Source of the DNA: Lepidodermella squamata
Taxonomy: Eukaryota > Animalia > Gastrotricha
Direction: 5' to 3'
DNA length: 64,000 nt
Assembly: GCA_047495785.1 (NCBI GenBank)
Contig: JBLDXI010000042.1
Span: forward strand, 3,472,001-3,536,000
The position numbers were made by a program, and so were the translations under genes. This document shows positions 11,080-22,522 of this stretch, piece after piece (within the stretch, counting starts at the first letter, position 1; each line of letters begins with the position of its first letter). Under the pieces are notes generated by a model. The model saw nothing but the letters and a program-made list of their open reading frames with translations. It made no database searches and was not told the origin of the DNA.

Positions 11080-14000
11080 TCAACTAAATGAAACGCGTTT
11101 ATCTGGTCTTTCCGAAGAAGCGGAGCCAGACCGCCTTTTGCGAGATTCCTGCCGCTCAATCGGCTCTGATTTGCAGCAAGTCGATGTCTCTTCAGCTTCT
11201 TCATTACAACTGCACGGAACCGGGGTTTGAATATTCTGATCAGGTATCACAAACTTCCTCATTTCAGTAAAAAGAGTCTCAATTAGTTTCCGGGCAATCA
11301 CGCCATCGCTTTTCGATTCAACAAAGTTTTGAATGCCGCCAAAAATTCCATTTCTCGCCTCCCCATTTTCAAGCTCCCGGAATTTCAACTTCATAAGTCT
11401 TACAGCTCTTGTTTCTTCGCAAAGAGGATTCCAGTCGTTCTAAACAAAGGAAATAAACATCGATTCGTTAAAAAACAATAGAACGCAAACAAACATCTTT
11501 CAAAGCCAAGATTTCTGAAGCCGCATTTTTTATATTTTCTGACAAATTTGCACACTGAGACATTCGCTCGATCTTCTCCATCAAATCTCGAAAGCAACCA
11601 TCCATGCCATGGCAAGTAATTTCCGCGCAAATTGCAGAACCACATTGTTCAAAGCAGCCGTAGATAAGCTTCAACGTTTCGTGATTATCCAGGTCTACCA
11701 TGGAATGTAACAGGGATACGAGGTAGGCGACCGGAACAAGTTTAGCACGGAAAAGCCAGGAGATTAGACGAAGGCTGAATTGCATCTTGTTTTCATGCAG
11801 TTTTCTCGCCTTTTCAACATGTTGCCAGGTCTGGGAAAAATTGCCAGAATTTCGAAAATGAGAAGGCGAGAACCATTTCAAGATCAGCTCTTGAACCTCA
11901 CTGAGGACTGATTTGCCACAATTACTCGTAGTTTTACCAATTCCCTTCAGGAGCTCAACAGCTTTCGGAATAACCTGAGCTTCATTAAGGTTTTCGAATA
12001 CTTCGTCAAGAAGCTGCGAGATCTGGACGGTGAAGTTTTCCGGTGGCAACAGGCGTATTTTTTGGTTCCAAAAATCGATTGCGACGTTAATATCGCCCTT
12101 CAAATTCAATGCAGTTGAGCCGAGATTGGAAGATAGCAACCCACGTTGATACCAAGTACCGTCCTATATGACATAATTTAAAGCTATCGATTGCCAAATT
12201 TGCCAAAAATCAAATTCATACCCTTGATATTTTATCCAGTATTGCTTCAATTTCGGGCTTCCTCTCGGAATTTTGTTTCGAAGTCGCAGATTTCACGAAT
12301 AGGCAAACTTCTTCAAAAAAGGATGCGTCATGCCTACTGAAAATCCATCGCTTCGATTCGTACAGCAAATCGATTTCTTCGACCAGCCGAGCGATACAGT
12401 AAACGGTTGATGGGCTATTATCGATTTTAATCAATCTCGCCAAGTGTTCCCGATAGACTTTGAATTGAAAGACGTTGAGACGCGCTAGTTCGGAGTGGAA
12501 CCACAGCTCATTTGTCAATAAATCGACATCATTCATAGAATTTGAAAAACGAATAACCCGGGACCAGGACCAGTCTGCAGCAGCCGAATCAACTTTGAAA
12601 CCGAATGAAACGTTGGTTAAGGCAGTCAAGAGATTCGAGAGCTGTTGCGTGATTTTTATATCGGGCGAAAATTCCAGCACTGCATTCAAAATTTCGACGA
12701 TAGCATCTTCAAAATCCGGTTTGATGTTGAATTTTGACAGCCTTTCGATGACAGCTTTTGAGATCTTGTCATGAGATTGCACGTCAACTTTAATCGCTCG
12801 TATCAACTCTTTCAACGATTTAAGTCGTTCAGCATTACGATGAGCCCGAATGCAAGGTTCTTCGTCACTGCTGATAACTAAGCACTCAGATTCTTTGGTT
12901 TTGCGAAAGTCGTTCGGTATAGGAAGTTTGTTCTCTGGCTCTAGAAGCACATCGGAGGGCAGTAACTTGAGGCGGATGAGAGCATTGTGAAACCAGGGTT
13001 CTCGTCTCGAATTCGAGTCCCAAAGCTTCACGGCTTTGCAAAAGCAAGCGGCCAAACTGGGACTAACCAGAGCAATTTCCTAAAAAAAATTAGCATAAAA
13101 GAAAAATAAAAAATGAATTCCCAAACCAAAACCTCAGAATCTTAAGAACTAAATTAGATAAAAATACCTGTTTAACATGTTCCAAAAATGTAGACAAGTG
13201 ATCCGGAATGGCAGTCTGATTCTTGCACGACTCATGAACTGACGAAATCAATGTCGAAACAGCTTTATCGAACGCTTGCGAATACCAGATTTTGCACAAA
13301 ATTCGCTTGACAACCGTAACCGCTTCGCAATTGGACGCGTCAGATTTCGCGATGACACCCGATATTAACCTCGAAATCTCGGCTACCGGATCTTTTTCAA
13401 TTTTCGCGTCAATACAACAGCAATTCACCGAAGTTTTTGAAACATTGGTTTTAGGCTTTTTCGGCACAGGAGCAGGGTTTTGCTTCTTTTCCTCAGCAGA
13501 CAAGAGTCGCGAAAATTTCTGAAAAAAGTTCTGATTATCAAAGTTATAGATCATATAATAAATGTCTACCTCGTGAATACTTGAGGCGGATTGCAAATTT
13601 TCTAGCGCTTCGATATTATTCAAAGGCAAGCTTTTGTAATGATCTACCAAGAACTTGGACCGAGTTTTGATGCATTTGAGAGTTTGCTTGTCAAATATCC
13701 AAGATTCTGAATCGACCAAATCGGAGTAGCCTTTCATAATAAGGTGGCTTCCATCGATTGTGAAGCTACTCGAAGGTAGGGACCCGAAAAAGTTGATCAG
13801 ATGCACAAAATCCAATATGCCAAGCTTGCAAATCGCTATATTCAACCTAATTTCAAACCCCTATAGTCAATCAAGGATGAGCTCAGACTTGTTGATATAC
13901 CTTGCAATATCGTCAAGCTTGGACTTCGTCTCATTTGGGGCGTAGTTCTTCCCCAGCCAATTTCTCAGGCAACTACGAAACTTGGTAGGAGAATTCTTGA

Positions 14001-17000
14001 TGAAAAACCAAATTGATAAAAAAACACTGAATTTAACAACAATTTTTGCCTACTTCAAGAAGCTTCGACAGCAGAAGTTGATAGGTCGTAGAAGAATGCA
14101 GAAATTGCAAAACTATGTCCAAAATCGCCCCGATCAGTTGTTTGTATTGACTACCATTTTTCAAAAGATTGATAACCGGTAGAAGCTTATTAAAATGCCC
14201 TTCGAATCTGTCCTCGGAATCCACAAGTAGTTGACTGACAATTAGCGGGGCATTCATTAGATCAACTTGGCAAGATTCAACTTGAATTTTTACAATTACA
14301 AGTAAAAAGAAATATATGATGAGCTCTAAATCAAACAAAGAATTGATACCATGATTTTGAGAAAGACGAGTTGCCAAATACTGTTCAATTTCTTCCATTA
14401 TTTTGTCGCTGTCACCATTAGCTCTTAATTTCTTCACCGCAGCATTCAACCATTTGGCGTTCGCCAGCCACCTGTTTGAAAACTTCTCTTTCTTCGATTT
14501 GCTGGATACAATGCGGGCTTCGTCGGCATAGCGAAGAAGCTCAAACAAATATTTAAAGACAGCCACCTTTTTGGATTGTTTGGCATATGAGTCGAAAATG
14601 TCACCAAAAACCCCGTGTTGGAGCACCTTTCGAGCTACAAGCATATTAAGAAAACTGAATCTCAATAAATTTTCGAATGAATGGAAAAGAGTGAATTTAC
14701 TCCAAGCGTTGACGGAAGTCGGCAGAGGAAAAGGCACTATCCCGAGGCATTTTCGCAGCAACTTTTGTAATTGATTGCTTGAATGAGTAGACTTGATTTT
14801 TCGTATTACCAGGTGTCGAGATGATAGGTTGAGCCTAAAATTAGCAATAAATTCAGGTTATTGAGAAAATTGCCAAAATGAGGAAGACAAATTTCAAAAA
14901 TAATCAAATCATGCAGATATCCAAAGTAATTTGTAACCATGATTATTCAGGTGGAATTTAGGTGGTTTTCGACGGGTTCAGTTCCTGACAGGTCGCAACA
15001 CCTGGCTGCTGGTTTGCAGTTTTGGCGGGGTCGCGGTCAAGTTCTTGTCCATGGTGCTGGCCATCCGAAGAATTTCATTATCTGTCCTTTTGTCCACGAC
15101 GATCAGCTCACGTGCGAAGAAGGCATCCAAGTCGATAGTGTTACAATCAAGCTAAGACATGATATGGCTGTCATGGATAGCCCAGCTCGAGCTATGGTCC
15201 TAGACCAGAAGGGTCACGGCGGCTATTTTTGCTGCCCGTTCTGCCTCATTGAAGGGATTGGACATGGCGGAAAAACCGTTTATCCCAACGGAACCTATGA
15301 GCGAGACATGGCGTGAAGTGGCCAGACTTGCTCAGCAAACTGGTATTGCTCAAGACGGCCTGAAAGACTGGACGAGCGCGCTGGACATCCCCGGATTTGA
15401 CCCGACCAGCCAATGCCCTGTTGAACCTATGCGCAACCTGTACTCGGTGTCGTGCGTTATTTGCTTCTCAACATCTGGTGGAACCCGAGACGCGCCCATC
15501 TGCGTCCGTTGGATGGAAGACCGCCTTAGTGCGAATCCAACGCTATTATACATACATACATACATACATACAGTTCACCGAAATACGTTCAAAATTTGCA
15601 AGTGATCGAGCGTTCTGATTCATTCGCCCTGGAACATTCTTTTTTCCCGAAGTGTTCAAGGTTTTAGTGAATTATTGTTATTTTTAATTTATTGATCTGA
15701 CTGTAATAAAAATTATTATACATTGAATTTGTTCGACGTCGTTTCGATATCTTCAAGTTGGATCGGACGGGCGATTTACATGCAATATCGGCAACTGGAA
15801 CGCGCAACATTTCCAAACATTCCTGCTTGGACGGTGGTCCTATTGCTATTCTACACTTGCTAAAAGACAGCCGAAAACCTGAGGCTGATCACTTCGCCGA
15901 GCTCAGCGAGATCTATCTCAAATAGAAGCCTATTTTTGGCCTATTTTCGGCGGGTCAAGGACGACGATACAGAGTCAACAAACGCTCTGCGAACTCCTGT
16001 CTATCCTTCAACTATATCGTCAGAAATCCACGCAATTGCCTGTGAGAAGTTTGAGCCGCGCAAGGCTAGAGCGATCTACGGCACCAAGCTGGTCGACTAT
16101 TTCATAATCACCTTCGTCATGGGGCGAGAGACCGACTCGACGACGTTGAGGTCGGAGTTACGAGCGTATATTATGTGAACTCGAGAGAGGCGCAGAAACT
16201 CTCATGATCGACTACGCTGATTTCAATCTTCAACATTCGTTGGAGGCACAACGCTCAATCTTCCATGTTACGAAGATCGTCGCGATGCAACGGGCTTTAA
16301 ATTTGACAGATTGCCGAAAGTGATGACCCTAAATCCGCAGAGGCAAGGGGCCTTGGAACTTTATTTCGTCGTTTCTCCAGCCTCGTCGCACTATCGACCC
16401 TGAATTCGATCGTGGGCCCCCTCGCCGGCGTAGCTGTTTATCTCCAGAAAAAGGTGCTCGACCCCGGAGATGTCTTGATGGGAGCTGAACTCGCCATTGC
16501 TGAGATTAAACAAGTCACAATCGAGGCGATGGTCGAAAAGGCGAACTATTACGCGGATTTGTTAGAGCAAAACGGCTTCAAGGTTATCGAGCGTGAGAAT
16601 ATCGATTCTCTGGCAGTCGAAGTCGAGTCCTATCGCGATTTTATCATCGAGAACCTAACCGAAAGGATAGCCGCTCACGCCCTTGAAACACTTCCTTGGG
16701 AAGTTTATGAAGAAGCAAGATCCGGACTTCAAATTAGTAAGTGAATTGAGTTTTTGAATATTGGAAGAAATTAGAAATTGATTATTTTTATAGGGTTGCG
16801 AGGCCGCTGGCTTGCCTTTGTCCGAAGCTTCGAAGATGGAACGAGAATGGGCCAGTTTCAAAACCATTCCTGAGCCTGTGGATTTGAAAAAGTTGGCTAG
16901 CAATCCAATTTTCAAGCATTTAACCCCACATCTGCGCCGGCTTTCTATCCGTTTCGATTCTGTTGTTGATTACTGACTAATTTATGAAAAAATTCGATCG

Positions 17001-18104
17001 CTGAAGCGAACATGAAAGAAAATAAACGAAAAATTGAGTTTGTTTGAAATTAAGGCGGATTGAGGTGTGAAATAGAAAACGCCAGCGAGCGCAGCGAGCG
17101 AACGGGCAAATTTTTGAGTAGCAAAATACCCCTGAAATGTAGCTACCCATCCACTGAGCCAGAAGGCTGGATAAACCCCTGATTTTGGTAATATTTCTGG
17201 GCCTTCCTCCGGTCGTTAAGCTTTACCATTAAGAGCCTTTCCAATCAGTCAGATATTTTTGATATATTCATTGTTTTTATCTTTATTGTTGTTGATTTTA
17301 CAAAAAATTTGCTCGCTTCGCTCGATATCATCAGCTATCAATTTATTTCCTCTTTCACTACTCCTACTCGATTTTCCTCCCTTATCCCTCATGATGGAAT
17401 CCTCTCCCCTCAATTTCTCCAAAAAATTAAACGGGAAAGCAAGGTGAATCAGGAACATTCTGTGAAAATTTCTCGCTTCGCTCGGGGTAAGGTGACAATA
17501 TTGCGAAATTTTGCTATATTTTGTTGATAAAAGGAAAAAATTTTCAACGTGACGAAATTTCGGAATTTCATATGACGATCATATGGCCTGTGTCCGCCTG
17601 GGCTGCTGTAGCTTCGCCACCGAAGGCAAACCCGAAAGGTATGTCCTGTTACACCGTCAGGCCCGGTTCTGGTTTGACGACACGCCATTCGTCACTGAAT
17701 CACTGGTGAAGGAGGCTATAATCTTGACTGCCGAAATTGTCCTCAAATACTAATAATCTAACACGACGGCTCATTATCATTGCAATTTTAATGAATTGCT
17801 TGACGAGGAAAATCATAATTACTGTAACTAAATTACCTTTTCAAGTTTGCAAAGCAAATTGCATATCACGTCTTGCATCTTCCAACTAGAATATCCCTTG
17901 AAGAAGCAAGAATTAAGTCAGAACTGGGAAAATTTGAATATTTACCTCGGATAAAATCATTTTAACATTGTTATCGAATTCTGCTATCGTCCCACATTTC
18001 TCTAAGGCAGACTTGAGAGTCGCAGCAAATGCTTCTATTTGAGACTCCGACGAATCCGGCTTAATCGACTTGACGAGAGCACTTTTTGTTGAAGTGCTGC
18101 CCAT
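11080..18104 (-). CDS. Tandem MIF4G-like repeat protein, paralog B; intron 2 is 3002 bp and filled with TE fragments
   Basis: ATG 18104 (MGSTST), exon 2 ends 17837, intron 17836-14835, exon 3 from 14834 (AQPIISTPG..DFRQRLE). Later ORFs 14033-14761, 13090-13845, 12216-13055, 11468-12139, 11080-11394 are collinear with paralogs A and C. Confidence 0.8.
15100..15460 (+). mobile_element. CACTA/EnSpm-like transposase fragment
   Basis: MDSPARAMVLDQKGHGGYFCCPFCLIEG...VYP, frameshift, then GLKDWTSALDIPGFDPTSQCPVEPMRNL (D.PAra..gh.g..C..C..G / Fd....d.MH motifs). Confidence 0.75.
15548..15571. repeat. (ATAC)6 microsatellite
   Basis: atacatacatacatacatacatac seen directly. Confidence 0.9.
15800..16915 (+). 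mobile_element. hAT-like transposase remnant
   Basis: IVGPLAGVAVYLQKKVLDPGDVLMGAELAIAEIK resembles the hAT L...s..LQ... helix; fragmented, frameshifted ORFs. Confidence 0.5.
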
Positions 18105-18210
18105 GAAAAAAAATCTAAAAAAAATCGGCAAAATTGACAAGGTATTTTTTAAAACTCAATAATCTGGATTCAAATTGCTATTCCAAAAGATTCCAATTGC
18201 AATAATTGCC

Positions 18211-21200
18211 CTATCGAAAGAGAGCTCGTTTAGCGAGTTTGTCATGAGCAATAAATTCAAAATGTCTTTTGCGAGTTTCTTGCGTTTCAACCGGTTCACA
18301 TTTGCAACAAATTTCATCAGTTTGACCAGCAGTTTCTTGAGCAGACTTCGGCACCGGAGTCTCGGTTATTTCGGGTAGATTCGAACCTCCAATACGACGT
18401 AGTAGCGTATCAAATAACTTATGAACAGTTTTGTCGTCACTTTTCGATTTCAAATACCCTCGAATATCGTCATAAATCCTTCCCTTTGAGCCGATAGGCG
18501 CATTCTCGAGCTCGGAAAGTTTCGATTCCACAAAATCAACAGCTCTCGTTTCACCAGAAATTGCAATCCAGTTATTCTAAGAAATAAAATTCAAGAAATT
18601 TCGAATTATGATGGAAAAATAAAAAACCTTATTCAAAATCGCAATATCATTTAAAATCGCTCGTATAGCAGGCGCATCAAAAGATTTAGCTACATTTTCG
18701 ATTTTTCCAACCAACTCCTTGAATCGGTCCGCGATTTTCAGAGTCACCGCATCAGCATAAATCTCCGCCCCAACGTCGCGAATGATAGCCAACATTTCTC
18801 TGAGATTCATCTCGTTTTTCAGTTCCAAGATTTCGTTCATAAGAGATATCAAGTAAGCCACAGGCACAAGTTTAGCCTGAAAAAGTTTCAAAACCAGGCG
18901 TAAACTCATTCTCATCTTATTCGCATGCAGCTTTCTCTCTCTTTCAAGCTTTTCCCGTGACTGTTAGAAAATATATTTTTCAAATATGCGAGAACAATGA
19001 TGGATAAATTTACCAAAGCATCAACGGCTTCCAATTCCGCCATTTCAAGCATGGCGAGGTTATTTTGGTGATGGAAAGGTGAGAACCACTTCAAAACTTG
19101 CTCTTGGACTTCAATCAGCGCCGATTTTCCGCAGTTATTAGTCACATTTCCGACACGGCTGATAAGCGCCACAGCTTCAGAAACAAAATTATCATTACCA
19201 GGGCGATCAAAAATTTCGTCGAGAAATTGAGAAACGTTCGCCGTGAATATTTCAGACGATAAAAATTGCAGCTTTGATTGCCATGAATCGATAGCAAACT
19301 GAATACCGCTTCGCGAAGAAGTAATCGAATCCCGATCAATAGCTCCGGTAGAAGCAAGGGTGGGACTTCGATACCAAGTCTTTTTCTGAAAATTGACAGC
19401 AAAGTTGGAAAATATTCTAAAAAAAATAAAATTACCTCCGAAAATCCGGAAATAATATTTTTGATTTCCAAGGATTTCTCAAGTGGTTCCTCGGATATTG
19501 CAGCTGTTACGAATAGGCACGCATGCTGGAAAAAGACAGCATCATCTTTGCCGAAAATCCATTTCTTCGACTCGTACAAATGGTCGATTTCTTCGACCAA
19601 CCTCGCCATGCAGTAATAATTGGCTGGGTTACTTTTTGCCATAAGCTTCGTAATGTGTTCTCGATAAATTAGAAATTTGAAAACGTCGAGACGAGCGAGT
19701 TCAGAATGAAACCAGAGCTCATTCGCGAGAGAGTCGACGCTTTTGACCGTACGGGTGAACCGTAAAACCCGACGCCATGACCACTCTTTGGCTGCAGCAT
19801 CAAATCTGCAATCATTCGAAGCAATTTTCGCAAGAGATTTTAACAAGCTCGAAAATTGAGTAGCCAATTTCATGCCACGCGATAATTGGAGGACCGAATC
19901 CAAGATTTCGAAAACAGCGTTTCCAAATTCAATTTTTCGCGTCAGTTTCAGCAATTTATCCGCAATAATTTTTGAGATCGTTTCGGTTGAATAGAGACCC
20001 GTTTTCAGCATTTCAATCAGCTCTTTGGTCGATTTCCCGTCATCAGGAACCAATAATGCCTCAGGGGCATCATTTTCAACAGGCCTTCCCACTATGTTTT
20101 CAGCACGATTATCGTTTATTTGTTGAGGAATTTCTCCAATATTTGGCTTTTCATCTTCCTCTTCGTCACTGCTGATGATCATAACGACCTCTTCTTTAGC
20201 TTCTACAGAAGGTTCAACAAGGTTCATCGGTTCAGGTTCGAATTCCGGCTCTAAATTAGCGCTAGATGGCAGGACTTGAAGCCGAACAAGGGCATTGTGA
20301 AACCAAGCTTCTCGCCGAGTTCTGCTATCCCAATGATTCACGGCAAATCGGAAACGAGCTGCCAAACCAGGGTTAGTCACTTTCAAATCCTGAATTTACA
20401 AAACGTTGGCGCAATAATTCAAAATAATTATTGGAAACTCTTACTTGGTTCACGGTTTCAAGAATTCGACCCAAATGATCGGGAATGCTGGTTTCATTTG
20501 CGCAGGCATTGTAAACAATCCACATCACCGTTGAAACAGCTTGGCTAAAAACGCGATCTTGCGGATGAGATCTCAAAGCTTCCTTAAAACTGGCTATCGT
20601 GGCTATATCGGCAGTTCGACTTCCGTTCGCTACTGCTCTCATAAGTTGCTCAAGATGTGTAGTTTGCGAACTGTCCCTCTCGATAGACGCGTTAGCGCGG
20701 GTATTCCGACTGTGCGGCGGATCAATGTCAGCCTGAGATTGTTGGCCCTGCGAAAACCAGCCACCCGTCTAATAAATGTATTCAAATATTGAAACATTTA
20801 AGGAATTAAAAATCTAGCCAACTTCATCCACAAATCTGCAAAAATTTCGGACTTCAGTGTCTCCAATTTCACATTTTCTCTTCAGGAAGAAAAACTTGTA
20901 TTTGATGACATTCGACGTATCCACATCAAACTGCCACGATTCTGATTGCATTAACTCGCGATAGCTTTTCAAAACCAGGTATAGAGACTGGATTTTAAAA
21001 TGAGACAGCGGTTGTGAAGCGACGGAATTCAACACGTATTTGAAGTCCAAAATGCCCATCTTGCACAAAATAATATTGAACCTGAAAGTAAAAGTGAATT
21101 CAAGTTTAAAAACGATCTCATGTGAGCGCAAATAACCAAACGATTTCGCCACATCTTGAAACAGTTTCACACGGTGAGAAACAGCCAGCAATCCAACTTT

Positions 21201-22399
21201 TGACCATTTTGGGGAACTTTCTTGCACACTGAAAACATAAAAACATAAAATTACCCGAATCGAAGAATCAAAATAACATACCCGATCCAGTTGAGCTAAT
21301 AGTAATTCGAAGGTTTGAGACAATGGCTGCTTCTGCGAAATTTTGTCTAATATAAAGTTGACCCGATTTTGCAACAGTAATTTTTCCCCAGGATTTTGGT
21401 TGAAAATAGGACGTAAACGCTCGAAATTTTGGTGAAAATCATCCATAGATCCGGTCTCAATACGCGTCAAAATCTCAGCCAAATTGCCATCTTGAAAGCT
21501 AGGCAAATTGACGTGGTCTGCTACATTTGATGGACCGTTCAAATTGGCAATTTTCTTTCGCAATTTTCTTCTCAAAGTATCGCTCGGAACACTGCCACGA
21601 TTTCGCAAATATTGCTCAATTTCGTCGAATTCAGCATTGTCGGCTCCAATTTTGAGCTCACGAACGATTCCTGCCAAAGTTGTTGCTAAGTGTTCGCGAT
21701 ATCTGAGAGTGGCTCTGTCACGCTTTCGGCAATGCCAAAAAGACTGGTCGACATTGCGCAGAATTTCGTATAAGTAAGGAACGCCACTCCGCTGGTCTTT
21801 CCGCCTCGCAATTTTATCGAAAATGTTGCGGAAAATCAAAGTAGACAGCAGGCCCCGAATAACGAGCAAATTTAAAAATCTGAAAATGAGACACATAATT
21901 ATGAAATTATTCATAGGGGTACCATACTTCAAACGACGGCCGAACTCGTGTGAGAAAGGCGCGTGCTGATCAGGAATCCTAGCAGCAACTAAGGCTAGGG
22001 CCGTTTTCAAGCTGTAAGAACCTTTGCGCCTCCTAATCCCTCCAGCCATCTCGAGCTGAGCTTTGAACTGATTCAGAAATCGGGTAGTTTTCGAACCTTC
22101 AGCAATTAATCAAAATTACCTTTTTGATACGACCGAAGAAACCAGCTATAACTTCTTGCGTATCGATACATCCACACGTGTAGCCCTAAAAGTGAGCCAA
22201 AATCTAAATAAATCACAGAAATAGAGTAATAAATTACCTTGGACAACATTGTGAAGACATTGCAATTGAATTCAGGCCGGGTTTTGCAGCTTTTAAGAAC
22301 AGATTTGATAGTTCCCACAGCGTTATTGATTTGCCTTGTCGACCAATCGGCGGTAACTGATTCCAATAGGTTATTTAATCTCGGTGATGATAACTCCAT
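18211..22399 (-). CDS. Tandem MIF4G-like repeat protein, paralog C
   Basis: ATG 22399 (MELSSP), exon 2 GYTCGCIDTQEVIAGFFGRIKK, short introns only. Contains VVMIISSDEEEDE, WSWRRVLRF..ELWFHSELARL, LVLKLFQAKLVPVAYL..NNW; tail RKR...LAKRALFR*. Confidence 0.85.
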
Positions 22400-22522
22400 A
22401 AATAAAATCTAAAAATGTATAATTTTTAATTACGAGACTAATTTTAGTTTTTCATTGCCAAAATTAAAAAAAATAGGCACCTCCTTCAGCTGACTAGTCG
22501 TATATGTCACAACAATATTTTC

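Noticed and set aside
20814-22049. 411-aa ORF as a standalone intronless gene (also 53895-55037)
   Set aside because: It reads through short in-frame introns located where paralogs have introns; it is part of a multi-exon gene.
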